This document shows positions 12,697 to 27,864 of a stretch of 64,000 nt of DNA, one piece after another. Under the pieces are notes generated by a model. That model was not told the DNA's origin. It did no database searches and saw nothing but the letters and a program-made list of their open reading frames with translations. Location of the stretch: IMG/VR virus record IMGVR_UViG_3300013382_000004, one strand, 5' to 3'. A program made the position numbers and the translations under genes. Within the stretch, counting starts at the first letter, position 1. Each line of letters starts with the position of its first letter. The stretch comes from a virus (lineage: Duplodnaviria; Caudoviricetes).

Positions 12697-15600
12697 TTAT
12701 CCTCTGCTCTTTCGAGTTACATTCCATCTGGAACCCATTGCGGTTGTTACTCCACTCCAGAACTTAGCAGGGTCATTTACTCCTTCAAGCACAACATCGC
12801 CCTGAACAATATATTGTGTACCACAATTATTATCAGTTCCAGTACGCTCCATTTCAGGAAGTCTCGTGGTTGCCATATTGCGTAACAAATTATAAGCTTG
12901 GTCATTATTTAAAACATACTCAGGCTTAGAAGGTGTACCATGCAACATTGCAAGTCCTGTATAAGTTACTGGTCCTTCTTCAAGTCCAGAGGCATAACGT
13001 GAAACTCTATTAGAATTGCTTCCTCCGCCTCCAAGAGAACCTCCACTGGACTAATTTCGTTTAGCCAACCATTGTAGTTTAAGCGTTTCATTCAAAGGTA
13101 CTTGGGAAGTTCCGTATAATTTCCTTAACGTTGGGTCGCTATCAATTTTATCTTTACGTAATTTAGCGTAATACTCAAATTCCGCAGGTGTTTTAGCAGC
13201 CAACATCAATTTACCGTAATCTTCTTTACCATAATTAACCGAAGAAGAGCTGGAACTGGAAGAACTACTCGAATTATTCTTGTTAGAACTAGTCGAACCA
13301 GAAGAGCTTCCTTTGTTTGAATTGCTATAATTATAGTTGGAATTGGAATTAGAAGAAGAATTACTCTTACCCTGATTTGCTAACCACTCTTGATAAATTT
13401 CAGCATTGCTTTTTATTCTGTACGCATTACCCGCGCCATCATAACCAATACCATTACCACTAATATCTGTGTTCTGTCTACGAGCTTTTTCAGCACGATA
13501 AGCCGCCCACTTATTAAATTCAGTTTCACTTCTAGCGGCTAACATCTTGGCATGATAATCTTCATTTTCATCAAGGTCGGAAAAATCATAAGTATTTAAA
13601 TCATCTTCATCATAATAACCATCAGGGGTATCATTCTTGTCATAGAAATCAGAGGTATCTAATAATTCAAGCCTCTGTCTGCGTAATTCTGCTAATTGTT
13701 CATTAGCTTGACGATAAGGCGTAAGCAAGTTGTCTTGGAAAATCGTAGTATAATTCTTATAGTTCTATTGAATATTAGAATTAAACTTCTCCATATCTGC
13801 GGTGATACGAGCGCGAATCTCTTCTTCAGAGTTCGCGTTCATAAGCTCTTTTAGGATACGTTCATTTTCAAGACGCTCATATTCCTTATAGTCCCATTCA
13901 AGTTGTTCAAGATATTTATCCCAAGCGTCTATACGGTCTTGGAGAATTTGTTGCTCTGCATCTTTTGTGTTATTGAGGTCATCAAGGCGGTCTTGTTTAT
14001 AGAAATCGTCGATATCCTTCTAAGCTTCACGTAACTTAGTAGGATTGGATTCGTATACCCAACCTATCGAATCTGTTACTTTTGTGACCATAATTAAAAT
14101 TATGGCGGCAAGGTATTTCTGCCTTACTCTCGTGTTTCATTTTTAGATTATAGCACGAGTCCAGACTGTATATTATATTATTTAATAATATTATTTAAAT
14201 AACACGATAGCTGAACTCAACATGTTACCATATTAAGTATGACAGTCGTTCGAGTTTCTGTTAAAATTATTAAAAAAATCATCCAAAATTTCAGTAAGCC
14301 TTTTTTTATCCTTGTAAGAAATTTCTAAGAGACAAATTCCTTTTTGCTAACAATATTCTTTCTTTATTTTATCCCTCTTTTGTCCATCTTCAAATCTTTT
14401 TGCAGCTTTCTATTTAGATTCTTCTGTAGGAGTATAAGAAAAATCTACTGGTTTATAATGTTGTTCTCCCTAATATTCTATACATACATTATAGTCTAAC
14501 AAATAAAAATCAAATGGAAGAAGCTATTTATATCTACAATCATCAAAGCGTTTCTGCGGGGTAAAATTTATATTATGGTCTTCTAAATAAGTGTAAATAA
14601 TACTTTCCCCGATAGATAGCTTACAAAAATGGCACCCTGTTTGCAAAGTTGTAAATTTGTCTGCTTTTGTAGTAGTTAATCTACCACAAACTTTACAACG
14701 ACAAGTTACATCTTCTTTTATGCCATTATATTCTCCAACCACTTCCAAAGAAGGATTAACTTTAGCCAATTTTTCTTCATACCATTTTTTATCTTTTATA
14801 AAGCATTCTCTTAATTTTCTTTTTTTACATTCTGGACAACCTTCTCCTCTTTTTATTTTATTTGGCCTTGCAGAAAAAACGTGCCGATATTTACAAACGA
14901 ATTCTGTTTTTTCGGTATCATTTTTATATTTGCCATAAAGTTTAACTTCTTTATCTGCAATATCTTCTATAAAATCTTCTTCAGTATAATATTTTAATCT
15001 GCATCCACAACTTCTTGCATATAAAAAGCTATATGCGGGAGAAACTCTATCAGGTTTATTGGGATGATTTAGGCAATGAAAAATTACCACTCTTTGATTT
15101 TTCTCATTTTTCTTTGTTCTAACAATTTCAACATTTAAAAATTTAGCTTGTTCTAAATACTTATCTGTTAGTTTCCATTCGAGTTTATTTTCTTCTTTAT
15201 TTTCTTTCATTTTATCCTCCTTTCTTTATTAATACATAATAATTTTAACAGTCTTACTTCGGTCTCGGCCTTCTCAGGCTATTAACCGATATAGCTATCT
15301 TTTACGAGGGCATTGGTGTTCACCCTCACGGTATACTCTCTCCTTCTCTTTATTGGCGTTCTTTTTAGCCAAAAGAAGATTTTCAAGTTCTATTGCCCTT
15401 TCGCGCTCTTTATTAGCATCTTCCAAAGGCTTTATTTCATCTTCATAAGCGTCTTCAATAGCATCAATAGCATCTTGCAGTTCTTCCTTATAAAGATTAA
15501 TTCTATAAACAATTGCGTCATATTGCTTTTCTTGAAGCTCAGTCTTGTCTTCCAAAGCATTAATTTCAGCTTCATGCAAAGCGACTGTAGCTTCATTTAA

Positions 15601-18600
15601 ACCATCAACAAGGTCTTTGATTTGTTCATCTGTTAAATCAGACACATCTTCCAAAGCCTTTTGATATACTTCAATCTAGCTTTGTAATAACGAACTTCTA
15701 CTTGCATAATAGCTTTCAATATCAGAAATTCTAATCCACTCTTGAGGTTTGGAATCTTCAAGAAGTTGTAATTTATTAGAAAGTTCTTCAATTTGTGCAG
15801 AAGTCCTATTAACAACATATTCAACCTGACTATCAATCAAACCAAGATATTTTTCTTGGTCTTCACGATATCTTTGAGAATATTCACTATTACCAAGAGC
15901 AACATAAGCACGGGCTTCAGCTTCACTCATGCCCTCGGTCATATAACCATAAACAGCTTGACTGAAATTAAATTGCATAGAAGCCTTGGTAGCTTCAATT
16001 TGCTTTTCAATTTCTGCGAGAGAAGCATTCATGGCATCATCGTAAGCTGTGCTATTACTCCATGCAGTTCCCTTTACATATTCAAGTTGCCTGTCAGTTA
16101 AATTTTGTTGCCACTCAGAAACTTCTTTACGCAAATCAATCTCATCTTGAAGCAAACTATTAAGGTCTTTCTGATTCTCAAGAAGTTCTTCATAAGTATC
16201 AGAAGTTTTGACTAATTGTTGCTTCATCAGAATCAAAGAATTAATAGATGCCCCATACAATTCAAGAATCTTATACTTATCCTCAACCTCTTCGTCATCA
16301 AGGTTATTAATAGCTTTTTGATTCTCAATGTAATTCTTTTCAGCATCTAATCTCTCTTCTTCTGTGAGATTAGTATTTTGCATCATGCCTTCATAATAAG
16401 CTGCTAATTTTTCAAGACTTGCTCTCTTCTTCTCGAAGTACTTTGTATATCCAGTAGGAGTTAAAGTATCTTCATCAAATACCTTCATGGCTTCCCACTC
16501 TTTGTCAATAAGAGCATCATAGGCGTTAAGAAGGTCGAGAACTTTATCTTTGGTATCTTCAGCGGAACTGCCAGCTTCTTTAATGGGATTGGTATAATTC
16601 TTCTCAAACGAACCAGCCAAATCACCAGAATCAAGCATGTCTTGAATACTATAATATAAATGCTCTCTCATGGCAATGTTACCTTCATCATAATGAATGC
16701 TTCCGTCATCGTCAGTATGCGTCTTAAATTTTACATTATATCCCACTACTTTACCATCTTTATCCGTAGTAACAATTTCATCAAAGTCTCCGACTAAACT
16801 TCTCAATTCAGCCTTAGTAGCTTCAATTTGTTGTTGTAATGCTTCGCTATTTCCAGATAAATCAATAGTCTTACTTTCTAATTGTGAAGTATCAATAGGT
16901 GTAAACTTTATCTAGTCTACAGCTTTGACACTGCCTATGTCTACTACCTCACCATTTTGTGCCCTATTTAAGGTAGAAGCAGCCTATGCAGCGGTTAAAT
17001 AAGCATTGGATAAAGCAGCCAACGCCTCCATTTCGCTACCGTATGCATAAACTTTTGTTTTAGTAGATTCAACCAAAGCATCAGAAGCTTCAACATAAGT
17101 ACCAGACATCATTAATGTCTACAACTAACTCTTAAGTTGTGCAACTCTTAAATTATCTTCCTGAATTTGCGCTTGCAAACTAACAGCAATGGTTTGTAAC
17201 CTAACTCGGTTCATGATTTCTTCTGCATCGGTCTTTAATACAATTCTTTCATTTTCAATTTCAAGGGCATTAATGTAATCGGCATTAGTTGACAACAAAT
17301 CTAAAGTAGTCTCAATACTTAATTGACCAGAAGAAGCCATTTCTGTACGAGCATCTGCAAGTTGGTCAAAAATACTCGAAACACTTTCAAAAGCCTCTTT
17401 CAATTCTGACCAAGATTTAATATAGCCGCTGGGCAACTCCATATCTGGGAAATATTGAGAAGACATGGTTTCTGCTATTTCTTTTCCCTAATCTAACACT
17501 GCTGAATAAGCATTATCATAAACTGCTGTTAGCTAATCTGACAAACCGTTTTCATCAAGTTCTCCATTGTTAAGAGCATCTTGTACTTGCGCAATACTAT
17601 TTCTAACCGTTTCAGGGAAATCCGCAAAAGCTTCGTAAACATTGGTTGTGTAAGGGTCAAAATCATCGCTGTAAAAGAACTCTTTCAATCTATCATCTAA
17701 TTCGCTCATTCCCTACATATCTTCTAAATACTTATTAAAAGCACCAGTTTTACCGGTAAGAGCTGTGGGGGCGTTCCTATCGGCCCATAACATAGAATCA
17801 ATAATATTCTGGTTCGTGTTCATTCCATTAGAGAAATAACCTTCTGTACCCATCCAATTAAACACTTTGTTTGCTTCATCCACTGTTAGAGAATTCAAAT
17901 AATCTTCTGTTACACCGTTGGGGTTTGTGCTAAAACCGTATTTTTCCTTAAACTTTTGAATGACGTTTTGGTCATCAACAATTTGCCCATCTACAATTTT
18001 AAAACCCATTTGTAGCAAAATTGTAACCATATTTTCATCTTCTTCAATGTTAGGGAACGCTTTCTTAAGGTAATCCATTACCGCCTGTCTTGCTTTGTTA
18101 GCATCTTCTACTGTCATATTAGTATTAATCTTCTAATCAGCGGCTTCAATGAGCGTCTTAGCAGTGCCATCAGCCAAAAGCTGATTTACACTATTAATCA
18201 TTTCTCTTACTTGAGTTTTATATTCTTCTGGGGTTAAAGCTACGCCATTCGCGTCTACCCCATCTATAGCGGCGATAGCGTCATCTAAAAGATTGGAAGT
18301 CGTTGTGTCAACATCATCGTAAGCACCCATTATTCTTGCGTAAGCCTGACCCGATTCTGCTAATGTTTGCTTTGTAGAAGCAACAGTCTTATCATATGCA
18401 GCCACAGCCGCCTCGACGCTCGCATCCGCAGCTTTTATGTCTCCCGTCGCTTGAGAAATTCGAGTTTCCAAAGTAGCTATTTCATTTTCTATTGCTGCAA
18501 CAGAATCTTCTCCCAACACATCGACAAAAGAATTATAATCTCTTTGAGCTGCATCCAATTCATATAATGCCTAACTATATTCCACAGCTACGGTAGCATC

Positions 18601-21600
18601 TCCTGCATTCTTCCTGCTTTGTAAATTGTTGACTTTTTTTTGGGCAGCGTTTATGCGATTTCTTTTTTCTTCTAACGTCTTATTATCAGGGTCATTTGCA
18701 GCCGCTTCTTTAGCCGCTTTCAAACGAGCTTCTGCATCAGCTTTTTGTCTTTCAAGCGCGGCAATATCGGTTTTATTTGCTTTTGTCTGTTCTTTTTGTG
18801 CTTCCTTAATAGCGTCAGAAGCAGCCTTTTGCTCTTCAGCCACGGTATTAAGAGTATCCTTTAACACTCTTTCACCATCTTCGCCAGAAGTAAGTTGCAA
18901 ATCAGCAAGATGCTGTAAATCGCCAATTAAGCCCTTTACTTTATCGGAAGTGGATTCCATAGCATTGCCCATATCAGCAATAGCATTACCATTTTCATCC
19001 GTTCTTACTTTTAATTCTGGGAATGCCTCCACAAGTTGATTGCTGTATTCTAAGAATTTCTCATAATCTTCATCAGTAAGTGTAACATTTCTACCCAAAG
19101 AATCTACTCCCTTAGATAATTCATCGTATTTTTTAGCCACAACACTTAAAGATTTTACATTATTTAATTCTTCCGCTGTTTCTTTAAAAGCTTTTTTAGC
19201 TCTTTCTGTTGCTTCTTGTTCTCCCTTTTTAATCACCGCTATTACGGTTGCGAAAATAAGTGTGCCAAGTGCAGCAATAGGGGCAATAGCAGAACCTAGA
19301 ATTGCTCCTATCGTTGCTTTACTGGCAAGACCTTTTGCTATAGCAGAAACAATACCATTAAGTGCATAACTTCCTGCTACTCCACCAAACATTGTACCCC
19401 AAGACTAAGCTGCATCGCTATCAAAAAGATATTTTCCTATCATATTACCAGCAAACGCGCCACCCATTCCACCTCCGAGAGATGCTGCGCCCTTTGCCGC
19501 AGCGAGGGTGGGGGATAGTTGCTGATACTACTCCATACCACTTATTATAGTTTTGCCAGCAGTGGTGTTACGCATTCTAGCTAATTGTTCAGTAGCAATA
19601 ATTAACTTTTCTTCGGCTGTTAAAGCTCGCGTCCCATTAGTTAACTCTTGCGTTCTTTGCCTTAGTTCTTGTTGGTCCATAGTAGCTAGCATTGAATCAA
19701 CCCAAAGATTATTTTGTCCTTGCAATAGCTATTGCAACTTAAGAGCTACTTGGTCTTCTGTTATTGAGGTATCCTGCATAGTTGCAATAATATTTTTCAT
19801 TAACTCTCTCTCGTAACTAAGCAAACCATTCTGCACGGGAATTAAGCCATTTATCATAGTTTGCCTTGCTGTATCGCTAAGAGTATCAATGCTATTTATA
19901 GTATTTGTCAAACTAGCGGCAAGATTTTGCTTCATCGAGGACGAGAAAACGGCTTCGGCATTATCTTTTAAGTTTTTCCCCAGAAGCGCCATTCCACCTT
20001 GTTTAAAATATCCATTAAAATTAATCTGCATCCTGTTCATAGCCAAAGTAACGCTAGTTAGAGAAGAAATAAATCCTCTATAAACTTTTTGCAAGGCGGA
20101 GCCTACGCCTACAGAATTTAATAAAGCTGTAGTAGTCGCAATCGCAGCTATCCAACTAACCAAATTATCAGCAGCTTCTGCTACCAAATTATAAAAGAAA
20201 ATTAAGGTGTCAGATTGACCTAGAGCCAAAACCCATTTTTCAAGAGCCACTGTCATACGAGTTTTAGCCGCTTCTACACTTTCTGTATAAGATTCCATTT
20301 TCTAAATAGCTGTACCATAAGCAGTAGCAGCAATTTCCTCGTATTGTTCTACCGCATTCCAGTTTTCAAAAATGGTAAGCACATTTTCACGTTGTCTTGT
20401 TCCAGCAAGGGCAGTAGCTATACCAGATTTCTGTACGTCAGTATAGGTATTCCATTTGTCGGCAATTTCATCCATTACATCATCAAATTCTCTAAAGTTC
20501 GCCACACTGTCGCGAATTTTAATTCCTAAAGCTCCAAGGGCTGTCTCGACATCATTTAGGTTTGCCCAGTCCTCTTCATTATAATTTTCGCTTTCTATAT
20601 CGGATTGTGCCGCTGCAAATTTGCCAGCAGCCGCATTTTGGTAGCGTGAATATACCGTTTTCATCGTTTCTGTTACTTTTATGACCTGCAAAAAAACAGG
20701 CGGAGAAGGTTCTTCTTTAAAGTGTCTTTACACTTGACCCTCCCTCTCACGTTTCATTGCTAGATTATTGCGTGAGACCAGACTTTCGCTTCTTCATCGA
20801 AATGAAGTTTTTTCGTTAAGTCGTTCAGGCTGTTAAATATTATTTAACTTGCCCCTTGTTATCCTTCTCAGGACTTCCAAGCCAATTAGAAAAAATTTTG
20901 CTTAAGAGGATTATGTATTATCCCTCTTTGAGAGCTAGAAATTAACTCTCACCAACCGATGCAGCGCTCTTCTGTGTAACATCGGTAATAGTTGTTAAAT
21001 ATCCGATATATCTATCTAAAGTACTTCCAGCCATTTGTGCAGAATTACTTGCGCGGGACATTGCCTCAGCTAAATCACCAGCACTTATAGCAGCCTGCAT
21101 ATCAACAGCGGTCAATTTATCAACAACTCCCTATACATCATTAGCTTCCAATTTCCACCCCTTAAGCACACTAATTAAATAACTAGTAGCATCAGCGCTA
21201 TTAATCATACCAAGAGTGCTTAATTCCATAGAAGCCTCTGTTAATTGAGCCGCCTATTGCCCACTATAACCAGCACGAAGCCAATCGTTAGCAGCTTCAG
21301 CAACTTCTTGAGTGGTTTTTCCTATTTCCATAGCTAAGTCGTTAAACTCAGACATCATTCCTTTTAATTCTTTTCTTGTATAGCCAGAAGCAATTTGCAA
21401 ATCTACCATCTTCTAGTCTAATTGTTCAACTGAATTTATAAAAGAACTAAACAGCTATTGAAGTTGTTGGAATGAAAATACTTGCATAATTGCGTATCCA
21501 ATTTCTTGGAAGCTTTGCTTGAAGTTGTCTTTAAGTTGCGTTAAAAATCCTTTTGTCTAATTAACAGAAGCTCCCATCTTATCCATCTCTAACTAATTGT

Positions 21601-24600
21601 TATTAAGAATTTCGGTTCTTTTTTGCTCTAATTTGTTGATTTGTTCTTCTGTTAATTCCATGTCATTTAAAGTTCTCTTTTGTGCATCATATTTGTACTG
21701 ATTAGCCAAACTTTGCTTCTATGCTTCCAGTGAATTAATAAACGACTAATTTTCAATAGCGGCATTTCCTGTCAAAGACTATCCTTTGTTTCTGGCTCTT
21801 GCAATTTCTCTATCAAGTTTTCCTTGCTCTTCTAAATTTCTAAAATAACCCTGCATTGCCTCTTGCAAATTAGGATTATTATTTTGAGCTGATTGAGAAT
21901 ATTTAGTATCAATATTAGCAGATGTTCTTGCTGCTTCATTAGTTGCTTTTCTTAAATTGTTGAGATTTTCTTTTTTTTCGTTCTCGGTTAAATACGTTGC
22001 TTCTGTGATTTCTTTTTCTAGAGTTTTTTCATCAACAATTTGTCCATTTATAGTTAAAATCTATTGAAGTTGTTCAATTTGCTTTTGCAGCTACGCACTT
22101 TCTTCTTGTTGACGGGCTTGTTTTTCTCCTGTTAAACCACCCACCTTTAAATTGGACTCTTTTAATTTATTCTACAAACTAAGCAACTCTTTATAGTTGT
22201 CCATTTGCAACTTCAAATCTCTGGTTTGAGATGCATTTGTAGCTGTTGTAGTACCCGAACTATTCTTAGCAGCCCTTACATTACTTTTACTATTAATTCT
22301 ATTTATTTTTGCCTATAAATCTTCATTTCCCTTATCAGATAAAAGAGTTTTACCAATAGCAAAATTACCGTCCACGTCCGAGATAGTCAAACCTCTTTCA
22401 GACATTACATCTCTTTGAGCTTTTATAGCTTCATTTTGTTTGTCAATTTGTTTCTGCAAAGCCACAGCTTCATCTTGTGTAAAATTGACACCGTTCTAAG
22501 CCAAGACATTTTTTTGCTCTTCTAGATTTTTTAGTTCTGTTTGTAAAGTAACTAATTTCTAATACTCTCCAACATAAGCATTGATAACAGCCTATTCTCT
22601 CTTATCCACTCCTCCATTTTCATTGGGAGCATAAGAAACAAAACTGTTATCAACAGGCTTTTCAGACAATGGTTGCTGCGAATGCCCAAAATATCTGCCT
22701 GTTTTCATTTCTCTATTCATTAAAGAAATTTGCTCGTCTTTAGTTAAAGGTTCAGCATTACCATCTATAATATCATTAGCTCTAACAAGAAGGTCATAAA
22801 ACTCTTCTTCACTTAAAGCCATATGCTTAATCAGTTGTGTGAAGCCATCTTTTACGTCTGCAATATACAAAGAAAAATCTTTATCGGTGCTTATGTCACT
22901 ATCTTGATACAACTACTGGAACTTGGGATTTTGAGCATTGGCTAAAATTCCGTATAATTGACCAGCAAGCTGAAAACTTTCTGTACCGTAAGTTTTACCA
23001 GTCTTGGTATCTAAGATATAATTAGAGCCATCTTCACCCTTAGCTATTTGGTCAGGAGTAAAAGAATAATCAAATTTTCCTTTTGGTCCATTAAAAGTAG
23101 CCGCCATGGGCGTTTCACAAAAAGGAGTCAACAATACATGAGCATTGTCTAAAGCTTGAGTGTAGCTCTAAACAGCTTGATTTAGTAGTTCGCTTGCATT
23201 ATCCACCCCAAGTTTAGAAAGTAGCTCAGACTTTTCTCTTAATACTCTTGCGTATTGTTCTTGAGCATCAACAACTTCGGTTTCGCCATTCCACTTAACT
23301 TCAACTTGTTTCCGTGCGAAACCGCTAACATCACTTGCGCCTGTTTTACTTAAAAGGTCTATAACTTCATGCTCTAAATTTCCCTTCTCTCTACTTATAA
23401 CAGCATTTTTCTTTTTTGCAAAATCTTGAGCTGTCATTCCAACATCTTCAGCCGTCAACTGCTTTCCTTTAGGAATGGCCGCTATAGCATTCATAAAGGC
23501 TTTTTCGTCATTCGAAGCAGATTCAGAAGGAGTAAGTCCTTTTAACGCGCCGCCAAGTTGAGTTAAGCTTCTTAACTTTCTACCTTCGGTATCGGTATAG
23601 GTATGTGTGGTATCATCATAAGATTTTAAATCTTTATATTCATACGTAACACCTTGCTAAGTTTCGGCATTTTTCGCACTTTCTCCTGTTTGCTCAAAAG
23701 CTTCTTCTTCTTTGGCAAGTTGTTTTACTAAATCTTTAGAAACAAGGACTTTTTGTTTTTCCGCTTCAGCAGCAGATAAAACTTCTGTTTCATGTTCCTC
23801 TAAAGCTGCGTTTACATTTTCTACTGCCTATTCCTCTTTAGCAAGCTCTGTAGAAGCATCACCCGTTTTATTCTAAACATCAGTATTAGCAACACTATTA
23901 GCACCTGTTTTTGAATCAATATTCGCAGTACTATTATCAACTGCTGTAGTTGCCTATTGAGTATCCTGTGTAATATCTTGTTTAATTTTTTCAGAAGTAT
24001 CAGACACTTGTTGTTCAGCTTGTTCTGCATAGGTTACTAACTGTCCAAGTAACCCTTCTAAAGTATATTTTACTTTACTTCCATCTTCTAACAAAGCTTC
24101 TACAATTTGATTTTTACCCTGTCCCGTAATATCGGTAATTTTTCCTCCAAAAGTCCGCCTAATAGAATTTTTAGCGCTAAAAGAAGCACCTTTAGAAAGA
24201 CCGGTCTATTTTAAACTTTCTCTTAAATTTTGGACTCTCTCAATCTCTGGGTCTACAGGAGTTTCGGCTGGGGTGTTAAAATCATCTACGTCAGTCTTTT
24301 TTTTACTGCTATAGACTACCGGAGTTTGTGACAACATAAGTTCATCCCAGTTCTTATAGTGATAGTCTATTTCAGCTTGAATTTCTTGAATTCTTTTTAA
24401 ATTTTTATTTTTACCTGCTTCACTTTTTGGATTGGCTACTAAAGCTTTTACTCTCTCTAATTCTTTTTTCTTTTTTTCTAGAATACTTTTAGCTATGTCA
24501 GCATTTTCTTGAGGTGTATTACCGCCATAAATATTACCTGTTAATCCTGCCTTATTTTCTAAATTGGTAACTAAAGCGGGAGAGGGATTATCTGTAATTT

Positions 24601-27184
24601 CTTCCCAGTTAACGTCTTGTCCAGTAATTCCTTCTTTGGCATAATAAACGCCATTTATCCCCTAATTAGGATTAATTGTTGTTCCGCCAACACGATAGTC
24701 TACAATATCTTCCACCCACCGTTTTGCCGAAGCAGTAGCTCTAACTTCTTCCCCATCAATATTTTTAACTCTAGAAATTGTACCATTTAAATGTTCATAA
24801 GCCTTAGCGAGAACAGTTACAAATTTGTTAACCCCTTCTTCACTTTGCCCTACTACAGAAAAGAAAGCAGCTAATTTATCGCCAACACTGTCAGACTCAA
24901 CCGAATCATAGCGGTCTTTTGCCGCTTTACTTTCATTGTACTTCTACTCAATTTCAGGATTTTCTTTAAAGAAGTTTTTTCTAAACTTTTCTTCTTTTAT
25001 TGGTTTCAACCCCTGTGCCGCTCTTGATTCATTAAGAGAAGTTAAGTTGTGAGAAAGAGAAGCATCCAAGGCTTCTGGATAAGCATAAATTTTAGAAATA
25101 GAATTGGCAATAGTATTTGGGTCCATTTCTTTGAACCGTGTATTACCCTCGGCCACCTTGCGCAAAGAACCCGCTAATTCTCCTTGATTAATTTCATCTA
25201 GAATATCTGCAAGCCAATAAATCCTTTCAGTAGCTTTAGTTATAGCAGCGGTTCCATTACTTTCTGTTTGATTATATGCTATTGCAGATTGTAAACGCTA
25301 AAATCCCTCATCAAGCCGACCAGCTTGTTTTCGTCTCTGTTCTTCTAGATGCGCTTGATATTTAGCACTCGACTGCCCTGAAACAGCAGCCTCCATGGTT
25401 TCGTTGCCTTCTTCATCTCTATAAGTGATAGGGGCATTTAAAGACTATTTAGATATAACCTCTTCCATTTGTTGTTTCGAGTCTATATCTATATTTGTTG
25501 TTGATAATATTTGTTCTGCTAAAGCAAGAACGGCATCTTTTAACTAATCACTGCTTCCTGACAAACTGCTTAAGAAATCTTTAATACCAACCTGTAAAAC
25601 ATTTCCGTTTTTATCATAAGTGGTTTCTTTACTGCCTTTTATAGACTCCCAAGTTTCATCCTTGTGCTTCTAATCAATAACGCTCTTTTGTTTATTAGAA
25701 ATCTAATCTCTTCTGGTTTGTTTGTCATCAGTTCTGTCTGTTTTATCGGGAGTCGGAGCTTCTGGGAGGTCACCAATATCTCCTCTTTGCATTTTAGAAG
25801 CTTTCCCCCGTAAACCCACTAAATTTCTTACAGTCGAAGCAAGTTCACTATCTCTATTAAAGAAACCACCCACAGAAGTTTCTTCAGCATCTAAAGCGGT
25901 AACTCCACCTTTCATATTTGTTAAACTATCTTCAAATAAAGTTTTAACATCTTTCGAAGAAGTGTTTGCATAAGCGTCTTTAATAACTTGCGGAATTAAA
26001 GAGATAAGAGACTCAATTTTTTGATATTCTTCTCCGCCCGCCTATCCTGACGCAGACAATTCTTGAGCTTTAGTTGTTAAAGTTAAGAAGGCTTTTTCCA
26101 AACCAGTAAAAGTTTTATTTCTTAAATCTCCAACTCCGCCCACATTTTCACTGTTAGCCAAACGAGGGTCGTACACCCTTACCGATTTTTTTAATCCTCC
26201 CTCAGCATTTGAAGCAGAAACATATTCTCCTTCTTTAGTGATAAAAGGGGCGAAAGCAGAAGCTCTCAACACAGAAGTGTTTGTTCCTTTTACAACATTC
26301 CCTTTCGCATCAACATATTGCCCTTCAGCATTTTTTTCAAAACCTTCTTGAAAACCTCTGACCTTTATTTTCTTCCGCCATCCATTCGAGCCAGCTAAAG
26401 TCTTTTCTTTTCCAGCGTAAGTTTGTTCAACATAATTTCGCACATCTTTCTCAATCTGTGGAAGAATGTTTTTATATTCTTCATCAGACATGCTTGATTT
26501 TTTTTGAGACTGTGCTATTTGACGCATTATATCTTTAAAAAGAGCGGCCTTCTCTTTTGACTTTTTATCTTGCGGTTCTTTTAGCCCCTCTTGAGCTGTA
26601 GCCAACTTTTGAGATAAATCTGACTATTCTTTATTGTATTGCTCTTCTGATATTCCTCTAGCAGCAATAGTCATTGCTTTATAATCCGGCTTACTACTTG
26701 CTTTCCGCGAAGAAGCTACTTTAGATTCTTGTTTCTGTTTTATCTTTTCAGCAGTGACAATTGCTGGCTAAAATTCTGTTATCTATTTAGAATATTGACT
26801 TACTAAAGTGTCTAAAGACTTAAGGAAATCTATACGTTTGCTTATATAAGAACCGATAGTTCCCAAAGATTCGTTACCAGAAGCTATTGCTCCCATGTCA
26901 CCAATCATTGATTTAGCCTTATCCCTCTGTGAAGATAAAGCACCCCTTTTTTCTTGCATCTACTGTACTGAAGCGGTGGTATGAGATTTAACATATTCAT
27001 CTCTTGCCGCAAATTTTTCCGACATAGATAAATTTTTCCCTTTTATACTTTTTTCAAACCGCTTGTTCATTTTTTCAGTGGCCTTTAATAATTGCTAATC
27101 TATTTTTTCAATTTCACTGTCTAAAACTTGTACACTTTTATCCAAACCAAGTTTAATATCAACTTCAAATTGATTCTGTGCCAT
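12697..27184 (-). CDS. Tail tape measure protein, ~4317 aa; exons 20945-27184, 15322-20664, 12697-14067
   Basis: All track fragments fall in the predicted frame of each exon. TMP core motifs (VDLQIASG, KLTAVDMQAAISAGDLAEA, GESMKTVYSRY, LAGTRQRE). Many TAG=Gln. Not every gap was checked codon by codon. Confidence 0.85.
14068..15321 (-). ncRNA. Group I intron in TMP with endonuclease ORF
   Basis: P1 GAGGGU/GCCCUC, P7-like AACGACU/ACAGUCU, terminal G. Ligation gives VYREG|IGWVYESN. Confidence 0.9.
14233..15210 (-). CDS. Intron-encoded Zn-ribbon + Vsr/PD-(D/E)XK-like homing endonuclease (325 aa)
   Basis: CK-Y[CGG]H-F, GCPEC, LPFDFYL, IEY[TAG]GEQHY, KRDKIK. Confidence 0.85.
20665..20944 (-). ncRNA. 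ORF-less group I intron in TMP (280 nt)
   Basis: P1 GAGAGU/GCUCUC, P7-like AACGACU/AAAGUCU, ends GUAACAGAAACG. Ligation gives SVGES|MKTVYSRY. Confidence 0.9.
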
Positions 27185-27197
27185 TTATTTTCCTCCT

Positions 27198-27839
27198 TTA
27201 CCCTAACTTTATGCCATATTTTTTCAGAATACGAGGTTTTATTAAAGTATTAAAACGTTTTTCATATTCTTGCTAACTTCTCTGATAAGCTATTTTATAA
27301 GTTTCTTCCAATGGAGACAAACTTAAATTATTTCTATTATTATTGGCTCTTGTCATATTCCAAAAATCAAAAACCATTTCTTGAACTTCTTCCCACTAGT
27401 CTAAAGAACTCATATTAGAATATTCCTCAACAAAAGTTGCTTCATCAAAAAGTGATGTCGCTATATCAAACGCAATATCCGTATCTCCAAATTGTTTTAT
27501 AGTAGATTCGCGCACAGCATTTTTATTAAAAGCTCTTTTTTCTTTTTCAATAGGCTTTAAAAATTTGAATTTGTTTTTGTCGTAAATTAAATCTGGCTAT
27601 ATCTTTTTAGTAGTATTTATAAAAGTTAATGAATCCATAAGACTTTCTTTGTCATAATTTTCTCCATAATAGTTATCAAAAACACTTTCAAAAACTTTTT
27701 TTACTAAAACGGTATAATCAAAATTAATTTCGCTTTTAATTGCCGCCGTCTTTTGTGGCAATTGTTTTTCTATTGCTTTCACAATTTCATTACAAGCATT
27801 TTCAAAGGCTTTTGAAACTGTGTTTGATAGTTCACTCAT
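27198..27839 (-). CDS. Hypothetical tail-region protein (213 aa)
   Basis: Open from ATG to TAA with TAG read-through. Confidence 0.6.
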
Positions 27840-27864
27840 ATACTTATCCTTTCTTTATATTAGC

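Noticed and set aside
8491-27184. Mass pseudogenisation or poor assembly as the cause of ORF fragmentation
   Set aside because: Breaks are nearly always in-frame TAG without frameshift, and they fall at Gln positions.
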